Positions 27,287 to 37,548 of a stretch of 64,000 nt of DNA are shown one piece after another. The stretch spans positions 311 through 64,310 of the forward strand of contig JAQUNI010000003.1 in assembly GCA_028717685.1 (NCBI GenBank), in the 5' to 3' direction. The position numbers and the translations under genes are program-made. The notes below the pieces were generated by a model that ran no database searches, had not been told where the DNA came from, and saw nothing but the letters and a program-made list of their open reading frames with translations. This DNA is from Patescibacteria group bacterium (GTDB lineage Bacteria; Patescibacteriota; JAQUNI01). The stretch's first letter is position 1; each line of letters starts with the position of its first letter.

Positions 27287-28828
27287 TTATTTTAATGCTT
27301 TCACGTTTTGGTTAAACTGTTCTCCGCGATCAAATTCATTTTGAAACATACCAAAACTGGCGCAGGCAGGACTCAAGAGAATAATATCTTTTGCTTGGGC
27401 TTGTTTTTTAGCGAGCTGAACTGCCTCCGACATTGATCGCGCCATTATAGTAGGTAATTTTGGAGAGTATCTTTCCGCCGTTTGTTTGAGTTTAGGGGTG
27501 GCATTGCCTGAAAGCAGAATGAGGTATTTTACCTTTTTGGCAATTAACTTTCCCAGTTCTTGAAAATCAAGATTCTTGTCTGCTCCACCAGCAATTAAGA
27601 TCACGGGTTCTTGAAAAGTTTGGAGGGCGGCTCGCGTGGAGGTAGGCGTGGTGGAAGTAGTGTCGTTATAGTATTTAACGCCCCGCCACTCCCGGATTAG
27701 TTCCAGGCGCGAATCCAAGCCCGCAAAATTTTTGAGGACTTTCTGGATATTTATTCTTTTTATTCCGTAAACACACGCTACCGTCGTGGCGGTTAGGATG
27801 TTTTCTAAATTGTGTTTTCCTTTAAGTTTAATGTCCTGCAATGAGATAATATAGTGCTCCAGATTTCTCTCTCGGAAAATAATGTGTTCCCTTTGGAGAA
27901 AGCTGCCTTGATTCACTTTTTCTTTTTGCGAAAACCAGTAAATATTTTTTAAATTCAAAGAAAACTCACGACTTCTTAAAATCGTATTATCATAGTTCAT
28001 TATAACATAATCTTTCGCCTTTTGAAATTTAAAGATATTTCTTTTCGCTTCGGCATATGCCTCCATATTGGGATAGCGATTCAAGTGGTCAGGGAAGATA
28101 TTGGTGATGCAGGCAATATGGGGGCTTATTTTATGGAGGGCGAGACCTTCCAGCTGCCAAGAAGAAAGCTCTAAAATTACCGGCGTTTCTTTTTTAATTT
28201 TGTCTAAGATATCAAATGGCGAGATGCGGATATTACCCGCGACCCTTGCTTCCTTGTTTTCAGATTGAATCATTTCATAAATTAAAGCCGTGGTGGTGCT
28301 TTTGCCTTTAGTGCCCGTAATGCCAATAATGTTTTTTGAAGGGCAAAAGTTAAAAAATAGCCCCATATCGGTGTCAATGGGGATCTTGTGTTTTTGGGCA
28401 ATGGCAAGGTAAGGGGAGTCATCGGGCACGCTCGGGTTTTTGATAATCAAGTCCGCTTCCGTAAAATTCCTTGCGCGATGTTTGCCTAGGACAAATTGAA
28501 TCGGCAAACCTGCTAATTTTTTTAGTGAAGGAGCAAGCTCTCTTTCGCTCTTTAGATCCGTGATTGTTATTCGCGCTCCTTGCTTTACTAAAAATCGCGC
28601 GATGCCTACTCCCCCGCCATGCAAGCCTAGACCCATCACTGTTACCCGCGCACCAGAAAGCCACGGGTGTAAGTCCGTGGATGAATGGTGTGGCTTAGGG
28701 TAGCGGGTTTTCGCTCCATGAAACCCCGTAGGAAAAGATGCCACGGGTGCCACAGTGGGATATCTCACATGGTGTCCCATAAGTCCGTGGAGCTTCACCT
28801 TTTTATTTTTTAAATCAATTTTTTCCAT
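27287..28828 (-). CDS. murD: UDP-N-acetylmuramoylalanine--D-glutamate ligase, with a 51-aa in-frame insertion
   Basis: VMGLGLHGGG, GITGTKGKSTT, ELSSWQL, DHLNRY, SPACASFGMF. Confidence 0.94.
   Translation of the reverse strand: MEKIDLKNKKVKLHGLMGHHVRYPTVAPVASFPTGFHGAKTRYPKPHHSSTDLHPWLSGARVTVMGLGLHGGGVGIARFLVKQGARITITDLKSERELAPSLKKLAGLPIQFVLGKHRARNFTEADLIIKNPSVPDDSPYLAIAQKHKIPIDTDMGLFFNFCPSKNIIGITGTKGKSTTTALIYEMIQSENKEARVAGNIRISPFDILDKIKKETPVILELSSWQLEGLALHKISPHIACITNIFPDHLNRYPNMEAYAEAKRNIFKFQKAKDYVIMNYDNTILRSREFSLNLKNIYWFSQKEKVNQGSFLQREHIIFRERNLEHYIISLQDIKLKGKHNLENILTATTVACVYGIKRINIQKVLKNFAGLDSRLELIREWRGVKYYNDTTSTTPTSTRAALQTFQEPVILIAGGADKNLDFQELGKLIAKKVKYLILLSGNATPKLKQTAERYSPKLPTIMARSMSEAVQLAKKQAQAKDIILLSPACASFGMFQNEFDRGEQFNQNVKALK
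28643..28795 (-). mobile_element. Non-autonomous IS200/IS605-like palindromic element inside murD
   Basis: Two copies of the subterminal hairpin CCACGGACTTA(.)CACCCGTGG; no transposase; 153 bp. Ends are approximate. Confidence 0.7.
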
Positions 28829-28835
28829 AAAGATT

Positions 28836-29579
28836 TTAAGACTTCATTCCAATCACATTCATAATGCTTATTTTTCTTTTTTTTCCTTGACGTCTATGGG
28901 ACGGCAAAATTTCATTTTCGCAATATGTGCAATGGGGGCTTGTTTCAATTTCGCGAACCCCTATTTTTTCCAGTTGAGTTTTGTTAGCCAATTTTATGTC
29001 AATATATTTCTTTTCTAAAACTGCGGCAGGCCATTTTTTTTGAAATAATTTCAGCCTTTCAGGATGATGTTCATTATTATAACAACAGCCTTCAATAGAA
29101 GGTCCTAAATAGGCAATCAAATCACGCGGCGAGGAATGAAAATGTTCTTGCATCGCTGAAACGGTTTTTACCCCAATCTCGCGACTTGTGCCCAGCCAGC
29201 CGGCATGGGCAAGGGCAACCACTTTCTGTTTGGGGTCATAAAGAAATATACAGACGCAATCCGCAGTTAATATAGAAAGGATTACATCAGGTTTGTCGGT
29301 AACGATGGCATCGCAGTTTTGGAGAGCGCTTATAGGGTCTTTAGCGCCACGGCCTTTATCTTTTTCCGTGACTATCTTTACCCTGTCACCGTGGGTCTGA
29401 AAGCAATTAACAAGGTTTTCAATTTTAAACCCTAATTTCCGTGCAAAGGCTTCCCGGTTAGATAAAACCTTTTTTCTGTCTTTATCAAGGTAAAAGTTTA
29501 AAGGTCCGCAGGATTTTGTGGAAGATCCGTGAACTAAATTTGGAAAAGAAGAAAGTTTTTGTGATGTAATGATTTTCAT
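28836..29579 (-). CDS. pgeF: PgeF/YfiH family (peptidoglycan editing factor, purine nucleoside phosphorylase-like)
   Basis: QTHG, TADCV, AHAGWLG, GPSI, CT. Confidence 0.92.
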   Translation of the reverse strand: MKIITSQKLSSFPNLVHGSSTKSCGPLNFYLDKDRKKVLSNREAFARKLGFKIENLVNCFQTHGDRVKIVTEKDKGRGAKDPISALQNCDAIVTDKPDVILSILTADCVCIFLYDPKQKVVALAHAGWLGTSREIGVKTVSAMQEHFHSSPRDLIAYLGPSIEGCCYNNEHHPERLKLFQKKWPAAVLEKKYIDIKLANKTQLEKIGVREIETSPHCTYCENEILPSHRRQGKKRKISIMNVIGMKS

Positions 29580-29597
29580 TAAAGTTTATTCCTGATT

Positions 29598-30671
29598 TTA
29601 CTTTGGCGGCGTGCCCATACCGATTAATCCTACAATCAGTCCGACTAAACATCCTAAAACCGCAATGATCCAGAAGCGCATCACAACTTGAGGCTCGGGC
29701 CATCCCTTGGCTTCAAAGTGATGATGAATGGGGCTGGAGAGAAAAATTTTTTTCTTGAATGCCTTTTTAGCCGTATATTGCAAAATCACGGATGCGGATT
29801 CAATGACTAGCACAATGCCAATCAGAGGGAGAACAAGCGCGGAATTGGTAAGCATTGCGATAATTCCTAAAGTGGTCCCGAGGCTCATTGCGCCCGTATC
29901 GCCCATAAAAAAGCGCGCGGGATAGATATTAAACCATAAGAAGGCAAGAAGGCTGCCTGCAATGGTGCCGCAAAAAGCGGCTAACTCAATTCTGCCTTTG
30001 GCGAAAGCGATGACACCAAAACTGGCAAAGGCAAACAGGAGAACACCGCCAGCAAGACCGTCAAGACCGTCAGTTTCATTAGTGGAAAAAGAAGTCGCCA
30101 CCATAATCAAAATAAAAAGCGGAATATACCACCAGCCGATAGCAAAATCGCCAATGCCGGGAATGTGAATAACGTCCCAAGCAAGTTTGTAATAAAACCA
30201 CCAGGCGCCGAATATAGCCACAATCGTGTAGAGGATTAACCTATGGCGCATACGCAGTCCTCCCCCCTTGGGTCCTATCTTGAAAACATTTAAGAGATCA
30301 TCCATGGCGCCGACCAAAGCCGTCGCGACTAATGCTCCGAGGGGGAGAAGCGTTTGCGGTCGGGTTAAGAAATTCAGATAGTGGAAGAAAGGAATATGGG
30401 TTAATTTATCCAAGGCAAAGAACAGAATCGCTAGAAATAAAACCGTGATCCAAATCAGCATTCCTCCCATCGTAGGCGTGCCTTCTTTTTTTTGGTGGAG
30501 TTTCGTATAAAGAGGAGCGCCGTCGGTGCGGATACTCTTGCCGATTTTGTATTTTTTTAAAAATTTGATCAATAAAGGGGTCCATAAAATAGCGATCAAG
30601 AAAGAAAGTCCGGATAACAAAAAAACCTTGGTGAGTCCTGGGAAATATTGCATGCCTTGAGTCGTATCCAT
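29598..30671 (-). CDS. mraY: Phospho-N-acetylmuramoyl-pentapeptide transferase
   Basis: KEGTPTMGG, DD, NETDGLDGL, FMGDTG, PIHHHFE. Confidence 0.96.
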   Translation of the reverse strand: MDTTQGMQYFPGLTKVFLLSGLSFLIAILWTPLLIKFLKKYKIGKSIRTDGAPLYTKLHQKKEGTPTMGGMLIWITVLFLAILFFALDKLTHIPFFHYLNFLTRPQTLLPLGALVATALVGAMDDLLNVFKIGPKGGGLRMRHRLILYTIVAIFGAWWFYYKLAWDVIHIPGIGDFAIGWWYIPLFILIMVATSFSTNETDGLDGLAGGVLLFAFASFGVIAFAKGRIELAAFCGTIAGSLLAFLWFNIYPARFFMGDTGAMSLGTTLGIIAMLTNSALVLPLIGIVLVIESASVILQYTAKKAFKKKIFLSSPIHHHFEAKGWPEPQVVMRFWIIAVLGCLVGLIVGLIGMGTPPK

Positions 30672-30813
30672 TGTTCAACTGTTTTATTGTTTAATTTGTC
30701 GCATTGTTGTGTTTTTAGGAAAAAATTAACAATGAAACAATGAAGCAATAAAATATTTTCTATACAAAAAGATTAGGATATAATTCTAAAATGTGTTTTA
30801 GGGAGATGACCGC

Positions 30814-31719
30814 TTATTTCCATTGATAAGCCCGGAAAGTCCAATTGATTAATCCCTTGGATTCCTGCCATTCATTTTTACTGTTCATTACAACCGTGAT
30901 AATTTCGTGGCCTTTTTTATCCGAAGCTACCTCAATAAGGCAATATCCGGCATTATCCGTGAATCCTGTTTTACCGCCAATAATATTAAGATAAGAGCTT
31001 TGTAATAATTTGTTGCTGTTTTTAAGGAAGCGGTTGCGGATATTTGTTGTAAAATTAATAGTGGGAGTATTAATGATTTCACGAAAGACTTTTTTCTTTA
31101 AAGCATAACGAGTAATCTCGGCTAGATCGTAAGCCGAGGAATAATGCCCTTCAGCATCAATACCATGCGTATTTTTAAAATGGGAATCCTTTAATCCAAG
31201 GATGCGCGCTTTTTGGTTCATTAAATCCACGAATTTTGCTTCACTTCCCGCAATATATTCCCCTAAAGCTACCCCCGCGTCGTTAGCCGAAGACATCAGA
31301 AGGCCGCGGAGCAGATTATAAACCGAGATTTTTTCTCCCGGAGCAAGGCGCATATGCGCGCCTTGCGGCTGCACGTACGCCGGACCTTTTCCCACAGTCA
31401 CGATATCGTCGGGTTGCGGGGACTTATCCATGACTGTTACGGCGGTCATAATTTTAGTCAAGCTCGCTTGCGGCAGTTTTTGGTGGATGTTCTTCGCGAA
31501 GAGCACCTTACCCGATTCCTTATCCAAAACAATGGCGGCGGTAGCAGTTAGTTTTACTCCCAGCATCTTCGGATTTTTGATTGGTCCTTTTGATGTTTGC
31601 GCCGCCAGTATTTCTTGTCTCGGGGGTTCTTTCGCTTGGAGCGGCAGACGCGCGCTTTGCGCCGGAGCGAGATAGTTAGAAGCGAGAAGAGCAATAAGAC
31701 TGGTAAATTGGAGTAACAT
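30814..31719 (-). CDS. D-alanyl-D-alanine carboxypeptidase (S11)
   Basis: ASLTK (SxxK), SAN, KTG. Confidence 0.92.
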   Translation of the reverse strand: MLLQFTSLIALLASNYLAPAQSARLPLQAKEPPRQEILAAQTSKGPIKNPKMLGVKLTATAAIVLDKESGKVLFAKNIHQKLPQASLTKIMTAVTVMDKSPQPDDIVTVGKGPAYVQPQGAHMRLAPGEKISVYNLLRGLLMSSANDAGVALGEYIAGSEAKFVDLMNQKARILGLKDSHFKNTHGIDAEGHYSSAYDLAEITRYALKKKVFREIINTPTINFTTNIRNRFLKNSNKLLQSSYLNIIGGKTGFTDNAGYCLIEVASDKKGHEIITVVMNSKNEWQESKGLINWTFRAYQWK

Positions 31720-31790
31720 TGGCAGTAGGAATTAGGAATTATGAAGCATGAATCAGAAATTGTAGAAATAAATTCCTGATTCCTTATTCA

Positions 31791-32309
31791 TTATTCCTGA
31801 TTCCCTTTATTAAACTCGTTATACTTTGGTAATTCCGCGGTTTTACTTAAACCTAAATGGCGTAGGAAATCGTTAGCAATTTGGTATTCCACTTTTTTCC
31901 CTTTTATTTTTCTTTCCACCAATCCTCGGCGCAGGAGATTACGCAGGACAAAAATTGAATTGACGCCGCGGATTTCTTCGATTTGATAACGCGAGATAGG
32001 ACCTTTATAGGCAATAATCGCCAGAGTTTCCAGTGCAAGCGGGGAAAGTTCTTCACGTAAATCTTTTTGTTGATATTTTTGGATCCAAACAGCGTAACGG
32101 GGATTGCTGACCATCTGAATTTGGCCATTGTGTTCTAAGATCATTATTCCTCTCCGGGAGCAATCTTCCTTCATCACGGCAAGCGCTTCTTTTATATCCT
32201 GTGTTTTCACATTTAAAATTCGCGCAAGTTTTTCAATGCTTTCTTTTTGGGTGGACGCAAAAAGCATTGCTTCTAAGATTGCCGGCAGGTTATTTATAAG
32301 ACTCATCAT
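31791..32309 (-). CDS. scpB: SMC-Scp complex subunit ScpB
   Basis: LEAMLFA, LSPLALETLAIIAYKGPI, IRGVNS, FLRHLGL. Confidence 0.93.
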   Translation of the reverse strand: MMSLINNLPAILEAMLFASTQKESIEKLARILNVKTQDIKEALAVMKEDCSRRGIMILEHNGQIQMVSNPRYAVWIQKYQQKDLREELSPLALETLAIIAYKGPISRYQIEEIRGVNSIFVLRNLLRRGLVERKIKGKKVEYQIANDFLRHLGLSKTAELPKYNEFNKGNQE

Positions 32310-32402
32310 TTTTTATTATTGATATTAATTATTTTAACAGAGAAAGAGAGGAAGATAAATATTGACAAAACGTAAATTATGTTGCTTTAAATGTTAATTT
32401 AT

Positions 32403-32431
32403 TTGCTTTTTCAGCTAATTTATGGCACAAT
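32403..32431 (+). promoter_or_regulatory. Putative promoter of the glycan operon
   Basis: TTGCTT-17bp-CACAAT with an extended TG. Confidence 0.4.
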
Positions 32432-32441
32432 GGGGAATCTT

Positions 32442-32545
32442 GTGACTAGTAATCGGTAATCAGTAATTGGTAATTAGTAACTTTCGCCGCTTCGCGGCGA
32501 ATTGACCCCCATTACTGATTACCGATTACCAATTACTGATTACTA
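32442..32545. repeat. Inverted 7-nt arrays, GTAAT/ATTAC family (single arm at 38829-38878)
   Basis: GTAATCG GTAATCA GTAATTG GTAATTA ... ATTACTG ATTACCG ATTACCA ATTACTG. Confidence 0.88.
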
Positions 32546-32549
32546 TTTT

Positions 32550-33998
32550 ATGTTTTCCGAATTCAAAAAATTATTCAAGCATTCGGGTATTTATGCAATC
32601 GGTGCGATTGCTCAAGCCAGTCTTTCTTTTTTGTTAATTCCTTTTTACACGCGATATTTGAGCCAAGCAGACTATGGTCGTTTGGAAATTTTACAAACCT
32701 TTTTAAAAGTTTTGTTGTTCTTAATCCCTTTAGGATTGCCCTCGGCGATTTTAAAGTGTTATCACCGCGATGCCAAAAGCCAGACCGAGCGTAAAATTCT
32801 TACGAGTACAGCCTTCTTTTTTGTTCTTGTAGCGGGGTTGTTGCAGACTTTAATCTTGCTTTTTTTTGTGCATCCCTTAAGTCAGTTTCTGATTAAAACA
32901 AATTTCGGTTTATTGATTTATACCGTAATTGCCGCTTCCATCTTTGCCGCTTTATTGGAATTGGAACTTTCTTTTTTGCGCGCAGAAGAGAGATCTCGCT
33001 CCTATACCGTGGTTTTTTTATTACGTTTTATTCTAACTTTGGGAATCACCATATATCTTGTAGTGGGTCTTAAATGGGGTCTTTTTGGCGCTCTTTTGGG
33101 TAATCTAGCAGCTCAAATTTTCACCTTCCTTACTTTCTTGCCATACCTTAAAAATTATGTTAAAATTAGCTATTCTAAGTTGGCCTTGACAAAATTGTTA
33201 TCTTTTGGTTTAGCTATTTTGCCTGCTTCAATCGCGATGTGGGTTATGGATCTGTCTGATCGTTATTTTTTAAGTCATTTTGGCAGTTTAGAAATGGTGG
33301 GCGTTTACTCGGTGGGTTATCGCATTGGTTTTATTTTGGAATTTGCTTTAGTTATCCCCTTTCAGCTTGCTTGGCCCCCTTTTTCTTTTCGGATTGCCAA
33401 ATACAAAAATCATCGCCAGATTTACGCACGCACTTTAACCTATTTTTTCTTTATTGGTATATTCAGCTTTTTAGCTTTATCCTTCTTTGCCCCAGAAATC
33501 GTGGAAATTATCGCGCCAAAGAATTACGCGAGCGCCGCGTTCATTGTTCCCCTTGTCGCTTTGGCCTATGTGTTTTATGGGATGCATTTTGTGGTAGCGC
33601 CTGGTATTCATCTTGAAGGAAAAACAAAATATTACCCTTTAGCAATCATCTTTCCCGCGGCTTTAAATCTTCTTTTAAATTATTTACTTATTCCTATTTA
33701 TGGAATGTGGGGCGCTGCTGAAGCGACCTTTATTGCTTTTATTTTCGTTTTGATCCTGACCTATTTTATTTCTAACCATTTTTATCCCGTGCGCTACGAA
33801 TGGAAGAGATTATTGAAGATTGCGATAACAGGTTTAGCGGTTTTTGGCTTTTCCGTGTTTTATCCGATATCCCATTTTACGATCGCAGCGATATTAATTA
33901 AAATCGGGTTATTAATTTTATTTTTAATCTTGCTTTGGGGTGAAAGATTTTTTGAGAAAGAAGAGAGAAAAAAAATAAAGGAATTTTTCAAGCTGTAA
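32550..33998 (+). CDS. Wzx-like oligosaccharide flippase
   Basis: Multi-TM MOP family; FLLIPFYTRYLS..DYG, DRYFL, VGVYS. Start moved to the ATG after the repeat tract. Confidence 0.88.
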   Translation: MFSEFKKLFKHSGIYAIGAIAQASLSFLLIPFYTRYLSQADYGRLEILQTFLKVLLFLIPLGLPSAILKCYHRDAKSQTERKILTSTAFFFVLVAGLLQTLILLFFVHPLSQFLIKTNFGLLIYTVIAASIFAALLELELSFLRAEERSRSYTVVFLLRFILTLGITIYLVVGLKWGLFGALLGNLAAQIFTFLTFLPYLKNYVKISYSKLALTKLLSFGLAILPASIAMWVMDLSDRYFLSHFGSLEMVGVYSVGYRIGFILEFALVIPFQLAWPPFSFRIAKYKNHRQIYARTLTYFFFIGIFSFLALSFFAPEIVEIIAPKNYASAAFIVPLVALAYVFYGMHFVVAPGIHLEGKTKYYPLAIIFPAALNLLLNYLLIPIYGMWGAAEATFIAFIFVLILTYFISNHFYPVRYEWKRLLKIAITGLAVFGFSVFYPISHFTIAAILIKIGLLILFLILLWGERFFEKEERKKIKEFFKL

Positions 33999-34097
33999 TC
34001 CGTAACTTAAAAGATAATTCACCTTGTGTCACCCGCCCGCCACGCCATGCAGGCGTTAGCGGGCAGGTAAGTTACATATTATAAGTTATAAGAATTT

Positions 34098-35039
34098 ATG
34101 ACCAAACTTATTGTTATTATTCCGGCTTATAATGAAGAAAAGACCATCGGTCGCGTGATTACTGAAATCCCGCGGCAGATTCAAGGTATTTCCGAGGTCT
34201 TAGTTTTAGTTTCCGATGATGGGTCAACTGATCATACGGTAGAAGAAGCAAGGGCAAGCGGCGCTGATTTTGTGATTTCCCATCCCAATGCGGGTCTTGC
34301 TTTTAATTTCAAGATTGCTTTAGAAGAGGCGCTAAAATCAGATGCCGATATTATTGTCAATATTGATGCGGATGCCCAGTATAATAGCCAAGAGATTCCG
34401 TGTCTCGTTCGGCCAATTCTTCAGAATAGAGCGGAGATTGTGTTGGGAGATCGCCAGGTGGCTAAGCTTAAGCATATGCCCTTTGGCAACAAATATGGTA
34501 ATATATTAGGTAGTTGGTTTATTCGCAGGCTTTTGAATTTGAATATTATTGATGCTTCTACCGGCTTTCGGGCTTTTTCGCGCGAAGCGGCTTTGCGTTT
34601 ATCCGTAATGACTCGGCATACCTATACTCACGAAACTTTGATTCAGGCCGCGGATCAAGGTTTGAAGATGGTGCAGATTCCGATTGAGTTTAGAAGGCGA
34701 GCAGGTCATTCTCGTTTAATCTCCAATTTAAGGAGCCATATTGTGAAGACGGGTTTGACGATTATCCGCACTTTTACAGTCTATAAGCCTCTAAGGGTGA
34801 TGTTGAGTCTAGGGTTAATTCTTTTCTTAGTTGGCTTTGCTTTTATAGTCCGTTTTTTTTATTTTTGGATTGTGGCGGAAGGTCAGGGTCATATTCAATC
34901 CTTAATCATTGCTTCCGTGTTTATGATGATTGGTTTTCAGACCATTGTCTTGGGTTTAGTAGCCTCGGCCATTGGTTGGTCGCGTAAAATGATGGAAGAA
35001 ATTTTGTATCGGATCAAGAAGCAGGAATTTAAATTTTAA
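34098..35039 (+). CDS. GT2, polyprenol-phosphate glycosyltransferase-like
   Basis: IPAYNEE, DDGSTD, IDADAQY, two C-terminal TMs. Confidence 0.9.
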   Translation: MTKLIVIIPAYNEEKTIGRVITEIPRQIQGISEVLVLVSDDGSTDHTVEEARASGADFVISHPNAGLAFNFKIALEEALKSDADIIVNIDADAQYNSQEIPCLVRPILQNRAEIVLGDRQVAKLKHMPFGNKYGNILGSWFIRRLLNLNIIDASTGFRAFSREAALRLSVMTRHTYTHETLIQAADQGLKMVQIPIEFRRRAGHSRLISNLRSHIVKTGLTIIRTFTVYKPLRVMLSLGLILFLVGFAFIVRFFYFWIVAEGQGHIQSLIIASVFMMIGFQTIVLGLVASAIGWSRKMMEEILYRIKKQEFKF

Positions 35040-35045
35040 CATTAT

Positions 35046-35480
35046 ATGTCGCGCATATTAGCAATTATATTTCTGTTGATTATTATCATTGCTCTCGGCG
35101 CGTATGCCGCTTGGCAGGGTCCGCGCGAGGAGATTACTTCCTGGGAAGCCGTGGGCACTCCCGAAAAGTATGAGGGTCGCGAGATTAATGCTGGCTATAA
35201 TCGCATTATCGGAGGGGGAGGCGGATACTGGACGGTCGGTCCTTTCGGTCATGATGTTGTTTTGAAAATTGATCCTCGCCTTTCATTAGAGCCGGGGGAT
35301 TTTATCAGCTACCAAGGCAAGGTGAGAAAAGATGGTTATATTGAAACGAACGAAGTTTATATTCACAAAGAGCGAGGCTTTAAATATTTAGTCTCGTTGG
35401 TTCCTTTATTGGTGATTCTATTTTGGTTCGCGAGAAAATATAAGTTTAATCAGCGCGAGTTTTATTTTGAAAAAAAGTAA
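35046..35480 (+). CDS. Hypothetical membrane protein (possible OB-fold)
   Basis: N- and C-terminal TMs flanking a small beta domain; operon spacing. Confidence 0.65.
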   Translation: MSRILAIIFLLIIIIALGAYAAWQGPREEITSWEAVGTPEKYEGREINAGYNRIIGGGGGYWTVGPFGHDVVLKIDPRLSLEPGDFISYQGKVRKDGYIETNEVYIHKERGFKYLVSLVPLLVILFWFARKYKFNQREFYFEKK

Positions 35481-35494
35481 GTCTTGAGACTACT

Positions 35495-35965
35495 ATGCCT
35501 GATCTAGTTTCACATTGTTTGGTCAGCAGGATATTATTTTTTGGTAAGTTTAAAAAATATTTACTACTCTTTTTGATTGGCACTATCCTTCCCGATGTTT
35601 TGACGCGGGCTCCCCTCTTTTTTTTCAGCGAGTGTTACCGTTGCGCTTGGTGGATTGGCGTTCTCCATTCCCCCCTTCCTCTTTTTTTTGTTGTTTTACT
35701 TTTCAGTTTATTTTTCAAAAGAGTGAAAGAGGCTTTTGGGGCTTTATTTTTAGGCGTTCTTTTACATTTATTTTTTGATTCCTTCCAGAGACATTTGGGC
35801 GGCGGCTATTATTGGCTGTTTCCTTTTTCTTTTCAGACCGCGGAATGGGGTCTATTTTGGCCGGAAATGAGTCTGCAGTTTATACCTTACTTGTTGTTAG
35901 CAACGGTTATGGTTTACGCTTTGGAGTTATATTTTAGAGGAAGGAAGGTAAGAAAAAATTTTTAA
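35495..35965 (+). CDS. Membrane metal-dependent hydrolase (YdjM-like)
   Basis: H..., LPD, LHS, HLFFD pattern in a hydrophobic protein. Confidence 0.7.
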   Translation: MPDLVSHCLVSRILFFGKFKKYLLLFLIGTILPDVLTRAPLFFFSECYRCAWWIGVLHSPLPLFFVVLLFSLFFKRVKEAFGALFLGVLLHLFFDSFQRHLGGGYYWLFPFSFQTAEWGLFWPEMSLQFIPYLLLATVMVYALELYFRGRKVRKNF

Positions 35966-36088
35966 TTTTTAATTTTTAACTAATTTTTATTTGCTTAATT
36001 TTTATTGTTATCATCAACCAAACAATAATTCAATAATTCAATAAAAATTAGCTAAAAATTAAGAACAAAAAATTAAAAATCATCCTTT

Positions 36089-36589
36089 ATGGTTTACCGG
36101 AAAATCCAGTCTCGTTCTACGCTTTTTAAAGTCCTCAAAGACTTTAAAAAGAAAGGTAAGAAGATTGTTTTCGCGCGCGGCTGTTTTGATTTATTCCACC
36201 CAGGCCATCTTTATTATTTAAAAAAAGCCAAGGCTTTAGGGGATATCTTGGTGGTTTGGGTCAATACTGATCAATCTGTACGAGAATTAAAAGGGAAAAA
36301 TCGACCATTATTTTCAGAACAAGAAAGAATGGATTTTTTGGCAAATTTAGAGGTGGTTGATTTCGTTTCCTCTTTTAGTCATCAGGAAGGGTTAGATATT
36401 ATCCAAAGATTTAAACCGGAAATAGTGGTGTTAAATAGAGTATCCTTAGAATATCAAAGAGCGATTCAAGCTTACAAGGGAAAGATTGCAATTATTTCCC
36501 TATTTAAAAAATATTCTACAACTAAGATTATTAATCAAATCTCAAAAACACTATGGTTAAAAAACCAAAGAAGTCATCACAAAAAATAA
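36089..36589 (+). CDS. Cytidylyl/adenylyltransferase (RfaE domain II-like)
   Basis: GCFDLFHPGH, NTDQSVRELKG..RP, YSTT. Confidence 0.88.
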   Translation: MVYRKIQSRSTLFKVLKDFKKKGKKIVFARGCFDLFHPGHLYYLKKAKALGDILVVWVNTDQSVRELKGKNRPLFSEQERMDFLANLEVVDFVSSFSHQEGLDIIQRFKPEIVVLNRVSLEYQRAIQAYKGKIAIISLFKKYSTTKIINQISKTLWLKNQRSHHKK

Positions 36590-37548
36590 AAAAGAGCATT
36601 CTAATTACCGGCAGCGAGGGTTTTGTCGGCTCGCATCTAGTGGACTGGATACTGAAAAATAAAAATGATTATGAGGTCCACGGTATCCGCCATTGGTATC
36701 CGCGCCACACACCCATTTTGCATTTAAATCCCCGCGCTATCTATCATAGTTGCGATATTCGGAATATTGAAGAGTTATTTAAAATTTTAAAAAGGGTGAG
36801 ACCGGTTAAAATTTTCCATTTAGCAGCCCAAAGTTTCGTCCCTCTTTCTTGGGTTTCTCCCGCTGAAACTTTGGAGACCAATATTGTCGGGGAAGCAAAT
36901 TTATTTGAGGCAGTGCGTCGGGTAGGCATTGACCCTGTAATCCAGATTGCGGGATCCAGCGAGGAATATGGCTTAGTCAAGAAAAATGAGGTGCCAGTTT
37001 CAGAAACAAACCCTCTGCGCCCTCTTTCTCCCTATGCCGTGAGCAAGATCGGCCAAGATTTTTTGGGCTATCAATATTTCAAATCCTATGGTTTAAAGAT
37101 TATCCGTACCCGCGCCTTTAACCATACGGGTCCGCGCCGCGGCGACGTCTTTGTTACCAGCGATTTTTCCAAACAAATTGCCGAGATTGAAAAAGGGAAA
37201 AAAGAAGCCGTGCTTCATGTTGGTAATCTGGACGCGGTGCGTGACTTTACGGATGTCAGAGATATGGTAAAGGCCTACTGGTTAGCCACCGAGAAATGCA
37301 AACCCGGGGAGATTTATAATATCGGTTCAGGGAAAGGTTATAAGATCGGCGATATGTTAAACATCCTGCTTTCGATGAGCCGGAAGAAGATTAGAGTGGA
37401 ACAGGAACCAGAAAGGATGCGGCCTTCGGATGTCCCGGTTTTAATTTGCGATACTCGGAAGTTTCGTCAAGCCACAGGTTGGCGCCCTACCATTCCTTTT
37501 GAAAAAACTTTAAAGGATCTTCTAAACTACTGGCGAGAAAGAGTTTAG
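36553..37548 (+). CDS. GDP-mannose 4,6-dehydratase / reductase family SDR
   Basis: ITGSEGFVG, HLAAQSFV, SSEEYG, YAVSK, FNHTGPRR, GNLDAVRDF. Confidence 0.88.
   Translation: MVKKPKKSSQKIKKSILITGSEGFVGSHLVDWILKNKNDYEVHGIRHWYPRHTPILHLNPRAIYHSCDIRNIEELFKILKRVRPVKIFHLAAQSFVPLSWVSPAETLETNIVGEANLFEAVRRVGIDPVIQIAGSSEEYGLVKKNEVPVSETNPLRPLSPYAVSKIGQDFLGYQYFKSYGLKIIRTRAFNHTGPRRGDVFVTSDFSKQIAEIEKGKKEAVLHVGNLDAVRDFTDVRDMVKAYWLATEKCKPGEIYNIGSGKGYKIGDMLNILLSMSRKKIRVEQEPERMRPSDVPVLICDTRKFRQATGWRPTIPFEKTLKDLLNYWRERV

Noticed and set aside
32502-32549. N-terminal extensions in the ORF track (flippase MTPITDYRLP, also gltX, ackA, murJ, GT4 38912 and 43662)
   Set aside because: They translate repeat tracts or intergenic DNA from alternative start codons; downstream ATGs match family starts better.
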